This document shows positions 20,775-30,322 of a stretch of DNA of 64,000 bases, piece after piece. Both the position numbers and the translations under genes were made by a program. The notes under the pieces were generated by a model that worked only from the letters and a program-made list of their open reading frames with translations, made no database searches and was not told where the DNA came from. The stretch's first letter is position 1. Each line of letters opens with the position of its first letter. The DNA is taken from positions 4,598-68,597 of the forward strand of contig JBKJQB010000248.1 in NCBI GenBank assembly GCA_046594105.1. Reading direction: 5' to 3'. The stretch comes from Thermoanaerobaculia bacterium. GTDB lineage: Bacteria > Acidobacteriota > Thermoanaerobaculia > Gp7-AA8.

Positions 20775-22226
20775 GTGAGCGGGCACATTCAAAAGGCATA
20801 TCTCGTTCCCGGGCAACCGCATGTTCTGCTCGCGCCCGGGCGAAACCCGGGATGGGCATCGCTCAAAGCCAGCTACGAGGCCGTCGGCCGGGAGATCGAG
20901 CGATCCGGCGCGGAACTGATTCTCTTGTACTCCACCCAATGGTTCTCCGTGATCGGACATCTTTTCCAGGTGGACCCGAATCCGAAGTGGGTGCTGGTCG
21001 ATCAGAACTGGTACGAATTCGGAGAGATCCCCTACGACTTCCACATCGATCCTGCGTTTGGAGAGTCTTACGCCGCCGTCTGTCGCCAGGCCGGACTGCA
21101 GGCCTCGACGGTGAACTACCACGGGTTTCCGATGGACGCGGGGACGGTGACCGCGTTGAAGCTGCTCAACCCGAACAACCGCATCCCGGCCTCCGTCGTT
21201 TCCTGCAACATCTACGCGGAGCGCGACGAGACGCGAGCCCTGGGAAAGGCCGCGCGAACTGCGATCGAACGATCGGGTAAAAAGACCATCGTGGTCGCGG
21301 TGTCCAGCCTTTCGAACCGCTACGAGGTGGCAGAGATCGACCCGGCGGCCGACCGCATCTCCTCGGCCAAGGACGACGAGTGGAATCGCAAAATCCTGGA
21401 GATGCTGGGCCAAGGGCGCCTGGAAGATGTTGCCCAGGTTGCCCGCGAGTTCGGCCGCGAAGCGAATGCGGACATGGGCTTCAAGGCAATCTGGTGGCTT
21501 GCCGCGTTGGCCGGCGAGCACAATCGCTACGATGGGAAGGTCTGGGACTACCAGCCAGTGTGGGGAACCGGAAACGCCATCGTCGAGCTCACCCCGAATT
21601 CACGCAAGGAGCTCGACTTCGAGAAGGAATTCGACGACGGTCCCGGCGCGACGACGACCGACGGTCCGGGCGCCGGGTTGGAGAGTCACAACGTTCTCGC
21701 TGAGGGACCGGATGTTCATCGCCGGAGCGAGATGTCGTCCTCCGAGGATCGGGTTCCTCAAGTCATGACCGGCGAGCCCGCGACTTCGCAGCGAGCGGGG
21801 CAGACCGCCGCCCGGCCGGATCTGATCATCACCGACCGCGCAGCCCCTCCGGTGGGCCCGTATCCGCACGCCCGGCGCGTGGGCAATCTGTTGTTTCTCT
21901 CCGGGATCGGGCCGCGACGTCCCATCACTGGTGAAGTCCCGGGATTGATCCGTGCCGGCGACGGAACGATCGTCGATCACGACATCGACGTGCAGACGCG
22001 CGCCGCCATCGACAACGTGCGGGCCATCCTGGAGGCGTCCGGGAGCTCCCTCGACAAGATTCTGGACGTGACCGTTTACCTCACCGACATGAAGCGTGAC
22101 TTCGAGCGCTTCAACCGCGTTTACACCGAGATCCTCGGGTCGGTGCAGCCGACGCGAACGACGGTGGGCGTGGACTCACTGCCCACTCCAATTGCCGTCG
22201 AGCTGAAGATCATCGCCTCCGCCTGA
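20775..22226 (+). CDS. Fusion protein: class III extradiol ring-cleavage dioxygenase (LigB family) N-terminal domain plus C-terminal RidA/YjgF-family deaminase domain
   Basis: N-terminal ~330 aa are LigB-like (HIQKAYLVPGQPHVLL...NYHGFPMDAGT...VVSCNIYAE). C-terminal ~125 aa are RidA-like (APPVGPYPHARRVGNLLFLSGIGP...VTVYLTDMKRDFERFNRVY...TVGVDSLPTPIAVELK). A GTG start at 20775 immediately follows the eda stop. The longer ATG ORF from 20679 overlaps eda out of frame. Confidence 0.7.
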   Translation: MSGHIQKAYLVPGQPHVLLAPGRNPGWASLKASYEAVGREIERSGAELILLYSTQWFSVIGHLFQVDPNPKWVLVDQNWYEFGEIPYDFHIDPAFGESYAAVCRQAGLQASTVNYHGFPMDAGTVTALKLLNPNNRIPASVVSCNIYAERDETRALGKAARTAIERSGKKTIVVAVSSLSNRYEVAEIDPAADRISSAKDDEWNRKILEMLGQGRLEDVAQVAREFGREANADMGFKAIWWLAALAGEHNRYDGKVWDYQPVWGTGNAIVELTPNSRKELDFEKEFDDGPGATTTDGPGAGLESHNVLAEGPDVHRRSEMSSSEDRVPQVMTGEPATSQRAGQTAARPDLIITDRAAPPVGPYPHARRVGNLLFLSGIGPRRPITGEVPGLIRAGDGTIVDHDIDVQTRAAIDNVRAILEASGSSLDKILDVTVYLTDMKRDFERFNRVYTEILGSVQPTRTTVGVDSLPTPIAVELKIIASA

Positions 22227-22259
22227 GCGGGCGCACCTGACGATCCCACGGACGCCAGA

Positions 22260-22280
22260 GGGTTCATCAAGATTGAACCC
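22260..22280. terminator. Hairpin between convergent genes (GGGTTCA-TCAAGAT-TGAACCC)
   Basis: Perfect 7-bp stem. Lies between the end of the LigB-RidA gene on the plus strand and the GGDEF-EAL gene on the minus strand. No clear U-tract. Confidence 0.35.
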
Positions 22281-22307
22281 GAACGAAGCGTCCGCCGTCG
22301 AGTGGGG

Positions 22308-24341
22308 TCAAGCCATCGCGGCGCGCCGGCGCTGGATCAGATACGGCTCGAGATCCTGCACGGAGAGAGGCTTGCTGAAGAAGTATCCCTGAATGTAGTC
22401 GCAGCGCTGCTGCTGCAGGAAGGCCAGCTGCTCGGCGGTTTCCACGCCCTCGGCGATGACTTTCAGGTCGAGGCTGTGAGCCATCGAGATGACCGCGGTA
22501 ACGATCGCTGCGTCGCCCCGGTCCGTGGTGACGTCCCGGACAAACGACTGGTCGAGCTTGAGTGTGTGGATCGGAAATCGTTTCAGGTAATTGAGCGAGG
22601 AGTATCCCGTCCCGAAGTCATCCATGGAGATCCGTACGCCCAGCGCTTTCAGCTCCCGGAGCGTGTGAATGGAGTTCTCCGCGTTCTGCATGGCGCTGCT
22701 CTCGGTGATTTCCAGCTCCAGACTTGCCGGATGGAGCCCGGTCTGTTCCAGCACCTGCATGACTTCGTTGGCGAGGTTGCCCTGATGAAATTGACGGGCG
22801 GATAGATTCACCGCCACGGTCAGATCCGGATCGATCCGTTTCTGCCATGTCTTGAGCTGCCGGCACGCCGTGAGGAGGACCCAGTTTCCGATCGGAACGA
22901 TCAGCCCGGAAACCTCCGCCGCAGAGATGAAATGCGCCGGCGAGAGCAAGCCGAGCTCCGGGTGGTTCCAGCGGATCAAGGCCTCCAGACCGACGATGCT
23001 TCTGGAGGACGCGTCCACCAGAGGCTGGTAGTGCAGAACGAGCTCGTCCTGGCTCAGGGCTCTGCGCAGCATGTTCTCCAGCGCCAGGGTCTCCAAAGCA
23101 CGGGCGTTCATGGCTGGCGCGTACAGCTGATAGTTGTCCCGACCCCGATCCTTCGCGCGGTACATCGCGCTGTCGGCATTGCGCACCAGGGTCTCCGGAT
23201 CGGTACCGTCTCCAGGGAAAAGACCAATTCCGATGCTGGTGGTCACGAAGAGCTCCCGCTCCGCGATCATGAAGGGAATCTTGAGGGTCTCGATGATCTT
23301 CTGCGCGATCTTCGCGACGTCCTCGATGTTCTCGATTCTCGGGATGAGCAACGTGAACTCGTCGCCGCCAAAGCGGGCGATGGTATCCCCCTCACGCACA
23401 CACCGCCGGATGCGGTCGGCCACCGCCTTGAGCAGGAGGTCGCCGGTGGAGTGTCCCAGGGAGTCGTTGATGGCCTTGAAACGATCGAGGTCCATGAATA
23501 AGACGGCCAGCTTCTGATTGGCCCGGGCGGCCTGTGCCAGCGCCACGATCAGCCGGTCGAGAAAGAGTGGCCGGTTGGGAAGTCCGGTCAACGCGTCGTG
23601 ATAGGCGAGGTGCTCGATCTCCACCGTGGCCAGATCGGACGCTTCGCGCTCATCCTCCAGCAGGCTGGCTACCATTCCCATCCCCAGCATCGCCTGGAGC
23701 AGAAAATCGAAGTAGCCGAGATACATCGTGTAGTCGCGAACGACGCCGAAAAGCGACGCTACGGCCAGATAGATGTAATGGAGTTTCTCCATCCCGTAGA
23801 TCAGAAATGCGATGGAGACCATGGTGAAACCGACGCCTTCGCGCCGTCTTCGCGCGGTCCAGAATGCCCACCCTGCGGTGAAGAAACAGACTGCTGCCGC
23901 CAGATTTCGAATCCCCACTCGTGCCATCAAATGGAAGCTCTCCGAAGGGCCGGGGGCGCTCGACAACAACCCGCTGATCACGCCTGCGGCGACCGCGGTG
24001 AGGAGAAGTCTTCTGGCCGTTCGCATCCGTACCGGACGGCGGCGCAGGATCTCGTAGACACCGAACGCCAACCAGGTGAGTTGCAGGAAGCCGGCGATGC
24101 CCCCCAGCACGGAGATGGCAATGCGAAGGATGCCGGCATTCCCCGCCTCGCTCCGCCCCATCATCAGCCAGGCGATCTCGCTGAGGCGGTAAACGGCCAG
24201 CGCCGCCCAGCTGGCAGTCCAGTGCGATAGATAGGACTTTCCATACTGGCGAAGAAATCCGTACAGCAGCAGCGCGATGACCGCGGCACCGATGGTTTGC
24301 GCAACTTGAGTGGCCAGGGCCACGGAGTTCATTTCGAACAT
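22308..24341 (-). CDS. Membrane sensor diguanylate cyclase/phosphodiesterase (7-TM N-terminal domain, GGDEF, EAL)
   Basis: GGDEF motif RFGGDEFTLL. EAL signature VGLEALIRWNHPE. Multiple N-terminal TM helices. Confidence 0.9.
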   Translation of the reverse strand: MFEMNSVALATQVAQTIGAAVIALLLYGFLRQYGKSYLSHWTASWAALAVYRLSEIAWLMMGRSEAGNAGILRIAISVLGGIAGFLQLTWLAFGVYEILRRRPVRMRTARRLLLTAVAAGVISGLLSSAPGPSESFHLMARVGIRNLAAAVCFFTAGWAFWTARRRREGVGFTMVSIAFLIYGMEKLHYIYLAVASLFGVVRDYTMYLGYFDFLLQAMLGMGMVASLLEDEREASDLATVEIEHLAYHDALTGLPNRPLFLDRLIVALAQAARANQKLAVLFMDLDRFKAINDSLGHSTGDLLLKAVADRIRRCVREGDTIARFGGDEFTLLIPRIENIEDVAKIAQKIIETLKIPFMIAERELFVTTSIGIGLFPGDGTDPETLVRNADSAMYRAKDRGRDNYQLYAPAMNARALETLALENMLRRALSQDELVLHYQPLVDASSRSIVGLEALIRWNHPELGLLSPAHFISAAEVSGLIVPIGNWVLLTACRQLKTWQKRIDPDLTVAVNLSARQFHQGNLANEVMQVLEQTGLHPASLELEITESSAMQNAENSIHTLRELKALGVRISMDDFGTGYSSLNYLKRFPIHTLKLDQSFVRDVTTDRGDAAIVTAVISMAHSLDLKVIAEGVETAEQLAFLQQQRCDYIQGYFFSKPLSVQDLEPYLIQRRRAAMA

Positions 24342-24418
24342 GGTTTCGGATCAGCGTTTCGGGGCAATGGATTACGGACCGCTGTGGATTCTGCCCTCCT
24401 CGGCCTCCCAATGCAAAG

Positions 24419-25486
24419 TCAGCGATCACCTGCGTACCCGTCGATGAGTCTCTGCGCCGCCGCCGGATAACCGAAGGCCAACGAGTGAGCAGAGACCTCC
24501 CGGCGAGACTCGGGAGTGACGTGCCGCAGGGCCTCTTCGACTTTGACGGCCAGCGTCGCCGAATTTGCCTGCGAAGCCATCGCCCGAGCGGCAAGACTCC
24601 CTAGAAGCGCCGCCATCCCCGGGATGGGATAGGTCACCGGCACAACACCACACGCCATCGCTTCCAGGACCGCCCGGTGTCCCTCGTCCGACCCCTGAAC
24701 CGTGAACAGAAGGACATCTGCCGCTCGATAGTGCTCGGCAAGATCCTCCTCGTGATACCCCGCCCACACCACCTTTTCAGCGACCCCGAGGGCGCGAGCA
24801 ATTCCCTCGAGACGAGGTCGGTCCTCTCCATGCCCGACGATCATGAGAATCGCATTCGGGATGCTCCGCGCTACGATGGCGAAGGCTTCGATGACGTCCT
24901 GAAATCCACGGTCCACGGTGAGTTTTCCGATGGCCATCGCCACCGGCACATCGGCAGGGATTCCGTAGAGTCCACGCACATCGGGCCCCTGCGGCGAAAA
25001 CTGGTCGAGGTCCACCGGAGGCGGAGTGACCGTCACCACGCGGCCACGGAACGGCGGCAGAGCCGACAGCGCGTCGTTGATGACGAAGAGCGCATCGGTG
25101 CGAGCGATCAGGTGCCGCGTGAACGGGTCGGAACGAACCACGCGCCGGGCGTGAAAGGTCCTTGCCAGGCGCACGTTCCGTTTCCGCGCGGCCAGTCGCG
25201 CCAGCCAATGGTCGTAGGTCAGATGGGCATGGAGCACGTCGAAGTGGTGATGATCGATGAGGCGTTCGAGCTCTTCGACGGCGCGCAGAAAGGAACGGGG
25301 GTTCTGCTTCCTCTCGATGATGGGGTGGGCGAAATCAACATGGCCGATCTTCGCTTGCAGCTTGTACCCGCCGACGTAGGCGTAGTGGGCGTCAACCCCT
25401 GCCTCGCGCAGCGCTTCCGCCTCGGCGAACGCCGGCGCGGCGGCGCCTGTCCAGCGGTTTCCCGCAGCGAGATGAAGGATTCTCAT
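24419..25486 (-). CDS. Glycosyltransferase family 4 (GT-B, group 1)
   Basis: GT4 C-terminal EX7E-type region (VLLFTVQGSDEGHRAVLEAMACGVVPV). Size and two-domain organisation are consistent. Confidence 0.8.
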   Translation of the reverse strand: MRILHLAAGNRWTGAAAPAFAEAEALREAGVDAHYAYVGGYKLQAKIGHVDFAHPIIERKQNPRSFLRAVEELERLIDHHHFDVLHAHLTYDHWLARLAARKRNVRLARTFHARRVVRSDPFTRHLIARTDALFVINDALSALPPFRGRVVTVTPPPVDLDQFSPQGPDVRGLYGIPADVPVAMAIGKLTVDRGFQDVIEAFAIVARSIPNAILMIVGHGEDRPRLEGIARALGVAEKVVWAGYHEEDLAEHYRAADVLLFTVQGSDEGHRAVLEAMACGVVPVTYPIPGMAALLGSLAARAMASQANSATLAVKVEEALRHVTPESRREVSAHSLAFGYPAAAQRLIDGYAGDR

Positions 25487-25607
25487 TCCGAGCGAATGCT
25501 ATCCGACCTGAGTGGGGGCTGAGGCCGGCTGGTCCGGTCCTTCTACTGACGCGCTCGCGCGTCATCTGCAATCAAGAGCGGCCGAGTGAACGCGACTGAG
25601 CCGAAAA

Positions 25608-25668
25608 TCGTGGCGGACGCTTTGCGAACCAACGCCGCCGGCCGTGCCGGCCTCAGGATGCTACACTC
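25608..25668 (+). repeat. REP-like repeat, variant sharing the 3' core of family A
   Basis: GAGCCGAAAATCGTGGCGGACGCTTTGCGAACCAACGCCGCCGGCCGTGCCGGCCTCAGG. Nearly identical to the copy at 53251. Confidence 0.75.
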
Positions 25669-25676
25669 CGCGCCGC

Positions 25677-25916
25677 ATGGCGATCGACGCAGAACTTCTC
25701 GAGATCCTGGCCTGCCCCCTGTGCAAGGTCGAGGTCAAACTGGTGCCTCTTTCGGAGACTCGACGGACCACGGTGCGCGACAAGTTCCGCGACAAGTTCC
25801 GCGGCGAGGAACCTGCAGTGGAGCAGGGACTTCAATGCGCCAGGTGTCACCGCGTCTATCCGATCGTGAGCGATATCCCGGTCATGCTGGTTGACGAAGC
25901 CTTCGAAGAGGCGTGA
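25677..25916 (+). CDS. Trm112/YcaR-like small zinc-ribbon protein (UPF0434)
   Basis: LEILACPLCK...LQCARCHRVYPIVSDIPVML motif pair. Confidence 0.7.
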   Translation: MAIDAELLEILACPLCKVEVKLVPLSETRRTTVRDKFRDKFRGEEPAVEQGLQCARCHRVYPIVSDIPVMLVDEAFEEA

Positions 25917-25925
25917 CGAGGGCGC

Positions 25926-27137
25926 GTGTCTCTCGCTCACCGTCTCAACCTTCCTGAGCAGACCGCTCCTCCCGTCGCCCTCGCTGTCCTCTTCTACATC
26001 GGCCATCTGCTCTGTTCAGGCTGGATCGCCTCCTCAGAACTATTCGCTCTCGCTACGATCGTCACGGTGGCCTGGTCCATTCATCGGGGCCTGCTGGCTC
26101 CCTCGTTTCATCTTCTCTACTACCCCCTGGTTCTTTTCGCCGCCGTGTCGACGCTGTCCGCCCTGGCCGCTCCGCGCTCCATTCATTCCTTCGGCGAGAA
26201 CGCTCTCTGGCTCAAGATTCTCCTCTTCCCTGCTGCGGTCACACTGTTCCGCCAGGTGCCACGAAGTCGTGAGCTTGCGGTGCGGGCCTTCCTCGCGTTC
26301 GGCGCCTTTTCGTCCACCTTTGGATTGATTCAGTACTTTGCGCTCGGACAGCGAGACCTCGATCACCGCATCACCGGGCCGGCCGCCCACGTCATGACCC
26401 TCTCCGGCCTGCTGCTTCCCGCCGCTCTCGTCGGCCTGACTCTCTGGATGCACGATCGAAAGAACGGCTGGCTCGCTTCGGTCACACTGCTGACCACGTT
26501 CGCTCTGCTGATCACCTTCACCCGCAGCGCGTGGCTGGGGTGGATCGTCGCTGTGGCTGTGCTGCTGGTCTCCAGGCGTCCGCGAGCGCTGGCCTGGGCC
26601 GCTCCCCTTGCGCTGGTCGCTCTGACCCTGATGCCGCTTTCTCTCTTCGGCCGCATGGTCTCCAGTTTCGACACCCGGCAATCCTCCAACCTCGACCGCA
26701 TCCGCATGTTGGAAGCGGGGGTCGAGATCATCAAGGACTACCCGCTGCTGGGGGTGGGACCGGCGAACATGAAGGAGATCTATCCCCTCTATCGGAAGCA
26801 CGATGCGCCGCGCTTCCGCATCCCTCATCTGCACAACAACCTGGTTCAACTGTGGGCGGAGCGGGGCGTGCTCGCACCTGTTGCCTACCTTCTGCTGATG
26901 ACTTTGTTTCTCCGCCAGTGCCTGCGAGGGTGGGCCGGGGCGCACTCGCGCTACGCGGAAGCGGGAATCGCCGTGGCGGTGGGTCTGGGGGCGGCCGGGC
27001 TCTTCGAGTTCAACTTCGGGGATACCGAGGTCTTCTGGGCCCTGCTCGACGTGATGGCCATCGTGGTCACAGCCCTGGAAACCGAGGGTGGGCCGAATGA
27101 AGTCGGGGCTACCCCTGTTGCTGAGCTGCGTCCGTAA
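25926..27137 (+). CDS. O-antigen ligase/polymerase family integral membrane protein (Wzy_C domain)
   Basis: About 10 TM helices. Large periplasmic loop with the conserved pattern TFTRSAWLGWIVAV. GTG start. Confidence 0.7.
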   Translation: MSLAHRLNLPEQTAPPVALAVLFYIGHLLCSGWIASSELFALATIVTVAWSIHRGLLAPSFHLLYYPLVLFAAVSTLSALAAPRSIHSFGENALWLKILLFPAAVTLFRQVPRSRELAVRAFLAFGAFSSTFGLIQYFALGQRDLDHRITGPAAHVMTLSGLLLPAALVGLTLWMHDRKNGWLASVTLLTTFALLITFTRSAWLGWIVAVAVLLVSRRPRALAWAAPLALVALTLMPLSLFGRMVSSFDTRQSSNLDRIRMLEAGVEIIKDYPLLGVGPANMKEIYPLYRKHDAPRFRIPHLHNNLVQLWAERGVLAPVAYLLLMTLFLRQCLRGWAGAHSRYAEAGIAVAVGLGAAGLFEFNFGDTEVFWALLDVMAIVVTALETEGGPNEVGATPVAELRP

Positions 27138-27181
27138 CTTTTTCCACCATGCCGACGTCAGACGAGGGAGATCAGCGGGAA

Positions 27182-27763
27182 ATGAAGCACCTGAGCGATC
27201 AGGAGCTGATGCGGCTCGTGCAAGCGGGCGATCTGACTCCCGCGTCCGAAATCTATGACCGGTACAGCAGCCGGATCTACAACTTCGCGTACCGCTTCCT
27301 GAAAAACAGTGAAGCTGCTGAAGACGCAGTGCAGGAAGTCTTTGTCAAAATGATCAAACATGCCAGCCAGTTTCACGGAGACGCCAAGTTGTCCACCTGG
27401 CTGTTCTCGATCACCGCGAACTGGTGCCGGGACTATCTGAGGAAGGCCGACAATCGGCCCAAAGAATCCGACGACGTTCTGATGAACCTCCCGGCCTCAC
27501 GGGAGCTCTCGCCGGAACGCGCTCTGGAGCGCCGGGAGACCGAACTGCGCATCCAGAAAGCATTGCTGACACTGACTCCGGAACAGCGGGAGGCCATTCT
27601 GCTCTCGCGCTACCAGGGGTTGTCGTACGCCGAGATCGCCCAGATCTCAGGCTGTTCGGAAGGGGCGGTGAAGACCCGCGTCTTCCGAGCCATGGAGACG
27701 TTGAAGAAGACGCTCACTGGCGATGTGCGTGGAGGTGAACGATGGCTGACTGTGATCTCCTGA
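27182..27763 (+). CDS. RNA polymerase ECF (sigma-70 family group IV) sigma factor
   Basis: Region 2 motif FAYRFLKNSEAAEDAVQEVFVKM. Region 4 motif LSYAEIAQISGCSEGAVKTRVFRA. The Met at 27182 has a GGGAGA RBS. The ORF extends to 27149. Confidence 0.85.
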   Translation: MKHLSDQELMRLVQAGDLTPASEIYDRYSSRIYNFAYRFLKNSEAAEDAVQEVFVKMIKHASQFHGDAKLSTWLFSITANWCRDYLRKADNRPKESDDVLMNLPASRELSPERALERRETELRIQKALLTLTPEQREAILLSRYQGLSYAEIAQISGCSEGAVKTRVFRAMETLKKTLTGDVRGGERWLTVIS

Positions 27764-28746
27764 CCGAAAACCTGCCCTTGCTGCTGACCGAGTCTCTCGA
27801 CCCGGCAAGCCGGGAGCTGACCCATCGGCACATCGAGAACTGCACCGCCTGCAGCCACGAATGGTCCGCCTACAAGGACACCTGGGCTCTGCTGGAACGT
27901 CTTCCCGAAGTTCCGGTTCCGGCCGGAGCGAAGGCCCGTTTTCTGACTCAGATCGCTCCTGTGTCTGGGCGGGCGGCGAACGTCGTCCCGTTCCGCCGGC
28001 GGCCGGCGACGCGCTGGCTGGCGCAGGCCGCAGCGGTAGTCGTCATCGCCGGTGGCGCCTACGTGGGCGGCCATCGAAGCCGCCCGGTGCAGTTGCAGCC
28101 GACCGCTGCGTCCATCGCCTCGGTCCAGCCGGTGGCGTACTCGATTGCAGAGTCGCGGGTCCTTCCGGCTTCGGCGATGAGCCCCACGATCGAAGGGCGT
28201 CCCGACATCCAGAACCTCCAGTTCGTGCCAGCGGCCCCGGGCGACGACAAAATCGGCGTCGGATTCGACATCACCTCGCACATCACGGTGACCGGTCACC
28301 CCAACGACAAAAGCATGGTTCGTTTGCTTCGTTATGTCCTGGAGAACGAGGACCGCATGTCCCCTTCGCGATCCCGCGCCATCGACTGGGTCCGGGCGAC
28401 CTATTCACGTCCGGGAGCTGATCCTGAGATCGCTGCCGCGCTGGCCAATGTCCTTCGTAACGATGAACACCAGGGAGTGCGCATCAAAGCTGCTGAGACG
28501 CTCAACAATCTAGGCTCGGCGATGCCTTCGGATACCCGCGATGCTCTGATCGAGGCACTGAAGAGCGATCCGAACCCGGCGGTCAGGATCAAGGCGGTGG
28601 AAGCGCTGGCCCGCGTTCTCCGCAGCGGTGGTGAGCTCGACACCGAGGCCTTGAACACACTTCGACAGAAAGCGTCGCAGGGAGACGAGAACGTGTACGT
28701 CCGCGTAAAAGCGGCGGAAGCTCTGGGCAGCATTCGTCCGCAATGA
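27742..28746 (+). CDS. Putative anti-sigma factor: N-terminal zinc-finger (HxxxCxxC) domain, a hydrophobic (probable TM) segment, and C-terminal HEAT/PBS-lyase-like repeats
   Basis: HRHIENCTACSHEW zf-HC2-type motif. Overlaps the sigma gene stop. C-terminal repeated ...AAETL..LG...RDALIEALKSDPNPAVRIKAVEALARV HEAT-like units. RBS GGAGGTG. Confidence 0.7.
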   Translation: MADCDLLTENLPLLLTESLDPASRELTHRHIENCTACSHEWSAYKDTWALLERLPEVPVPAGAKARFLTQIAPVSGRAANVVPFRRRPATRWLAQAAAVVVIAGGAYVGGHRSRPVQLQPTAASIASVQPVAYSIAESRVLPASAMSPTIEGRPDIQNLQFVPAAPGDDKIGVGFDITSHITVTGHPNDKSMVRLLRYVLENEDRMSPSRSRAIDWVRATYSRPGADPEIAAALANVLRNDEHQGVRIKAAETLNNLGSAMPSDTRDALIEALKSDPNPAVRIKAVEALARVLRSGGELDTEALNTLRQKASQGDENVYVRVKAAEALGSIRPQ

Positions 28747-30305
28747 AAATCCGCATCAAACTCGCAGCCCTTGCCCTGCTGGTCTCCATGCCCGCCCTAG
28801 CTGGCAACGTGACCGTAGTCGACAAGTCCACGCAGAATTTTCCTGTGGACGCGCTCGGGTCGCTCTGGATTGATAACCCGATCGGAAGTATCGATGTGAT
28901 CGGGACCGACCAGAGCAGCTTGGTCAGCACGGTCGTGCAGCGGACCATCACCGGTGTCGACCAGGCTGCACTTCGCGAGGGCCGGGAGGCAGTGGCCATC
29001 TCGTATGAAGGCGACAACAACGTGCGCCTGATCCGCACGGTCCTTCCTCAGATGCGCAGCAACCGCTGGAATGCCAGCGTTGCCTACACCATTCGCGTTC
29101 CCCACAGCCTCCACATCAAGATCGCCACGAAGACCGCCGACCACGTCCGCATCAGCAACATTCTCGGCAACGTCACCATCAATGCATTCAGCGGAACGAT
29201 CATCCTCGACTCCGTGATGGGCGCCTCATCGGTGAGCACTGTGAACGGGAGAGTCGTCTACAACTTCAACAGCCGGCCGCTGTCTCATGTGCAGGTGCAA
29301 GCCATCAATGCGGACATCGAGATCTACTCGCCCGCGGACTCCTTCTTCGACTGGATCGCCGACAGCATCAAGGGCGACTTCCTGACCACCTTTCCGGTTC
29401 AGGGGAAATTCATCAGCCCGACCATGTATCGCGGAACCGTCAACGCTCAGGGCGGTCCCACCCTCACCACGGCAACCCTCCTTGGTCAGGTCACCCTGGT
29501 GGCCAAGGGAACGAAGATCGCCCTGGCGCGCTCGCTTCGAAACGATGCACCGAAGCAGGCTCCCGTCTCTTCCGCTCGCGCCCTGCTCGGTCCCTCCGAG
29601 AAAATCCAGCTTCCGTTCGTGCATGGAAACTGGGTCTTCGCAGCCTCCGTGGCCGACATTGCGGTCGGCGAAATCCGGGGCGATGCCCACGTCGAGACCG
29701 GCGCCGGAGAAGTCGAGATCGGAGTGGTCTTCGGATCGTGTTCCGTCATGTCACGCGGCGGCCCGCTCTCCCTGGGCGACATGCTCGGCCCTTTGAATGC
29801 CCACACGGGCGCGGGCGACGTGACCGTGAGATCCGCCCGGCGTGGCGGGGAGATCTCCACCGGTGGAGGGCTCATTCGGCTCATGGCCGCTGGTGGCCCC
29901 ACCATCCTGCGATCGGGCGGAGGCGACATCATCGTTCGCCAGGCGTCGGCGGCCATCGATGCCGAAACCTCCTCAGGCGACATCACCATCACCGTCGATC
30001 CGTCAGGTCGCACGGAGAAGATCACCGCGCGCTCCGCACAGGGCAACATCGTCCTCAACGTGAAGCCACAGTTTGCGGCTGACATCGATGCGACCGTGGT
30101 CGTCAGCGACAACAACGCCAACGCCATTCAGTCTGATTTTCCAGGGCTGACCACTCGCCGTGAGCAGGTGAACGGAAAGACCCTCATCCGAGCCACCGGG
30201 AAGATCAACGGCGGTGGAGAGAAAGTGGAGCTCTACGCCGAAGACGGCAACATCCTCATCACCTCCCAGATCATGGCTCCCATGCGCGTGGCCACCCCGC
30301 GGTAG
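28743..30305 (+). CDS. Secreted all-beta repeat protein, DUF4097-like (putative adhesin-domain family often paired with envelope-stress regulators)
   Basis: Signal peptide. Repeated G-x-(I/V)-x-(I/V) beta-strand units (GAGDVTVRSARRGGEISTGGGLIRLMAAGGPTILRSGGGDIIVRQ...). Start overlaps the anti-sigma stop (ATGA). Confidence 0.55.
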   Translation: MKIRIKLAALALLVSMPALAGNVTVVDKSTQNFPVDALGSLWIDNPIGSIDVIGTDQSSLVSTVVQRTITGVDQAALREGREAVAISYEGDNNVRLIRTVLPQMRSNRWNASVAYTIRVPHSLHIKIATKTADHVRISNILGNVTINAFSGTIILDSVMGASSVSTVNGRVVYNFNSRPLSHVQVQAINADIEIYSPADSFFDWIADSIKGDFLTTFPVQGKFISPTMYRGTVNAQGGPTLTTATLLGQVTLVAKGTKIALARSLRNDAPKQAPVSSARALLGPSEKIQLPFVHGNWVFAASVADIAVGEIRGDAHVETGAGEVEIGVVFGSCSVMSRGGPLSLGDMLGPLNAHTGAGDVTVRSARRGGEISTGGGLIRLMAAGGPTILRSGGGDIIVRQASAAIDAETSSGDITITVDPSGRTEKITARSAQGNIVLNVKPQFAADIDATVVVSDNNANAIQSDFPGLTTRREQVNGKTLIRATGKINGGGEKVELYAEDGNILITSQIMAPMRVATPR

Positions 30306-30322
30306 GGCGCCGGAGCGGGTGC

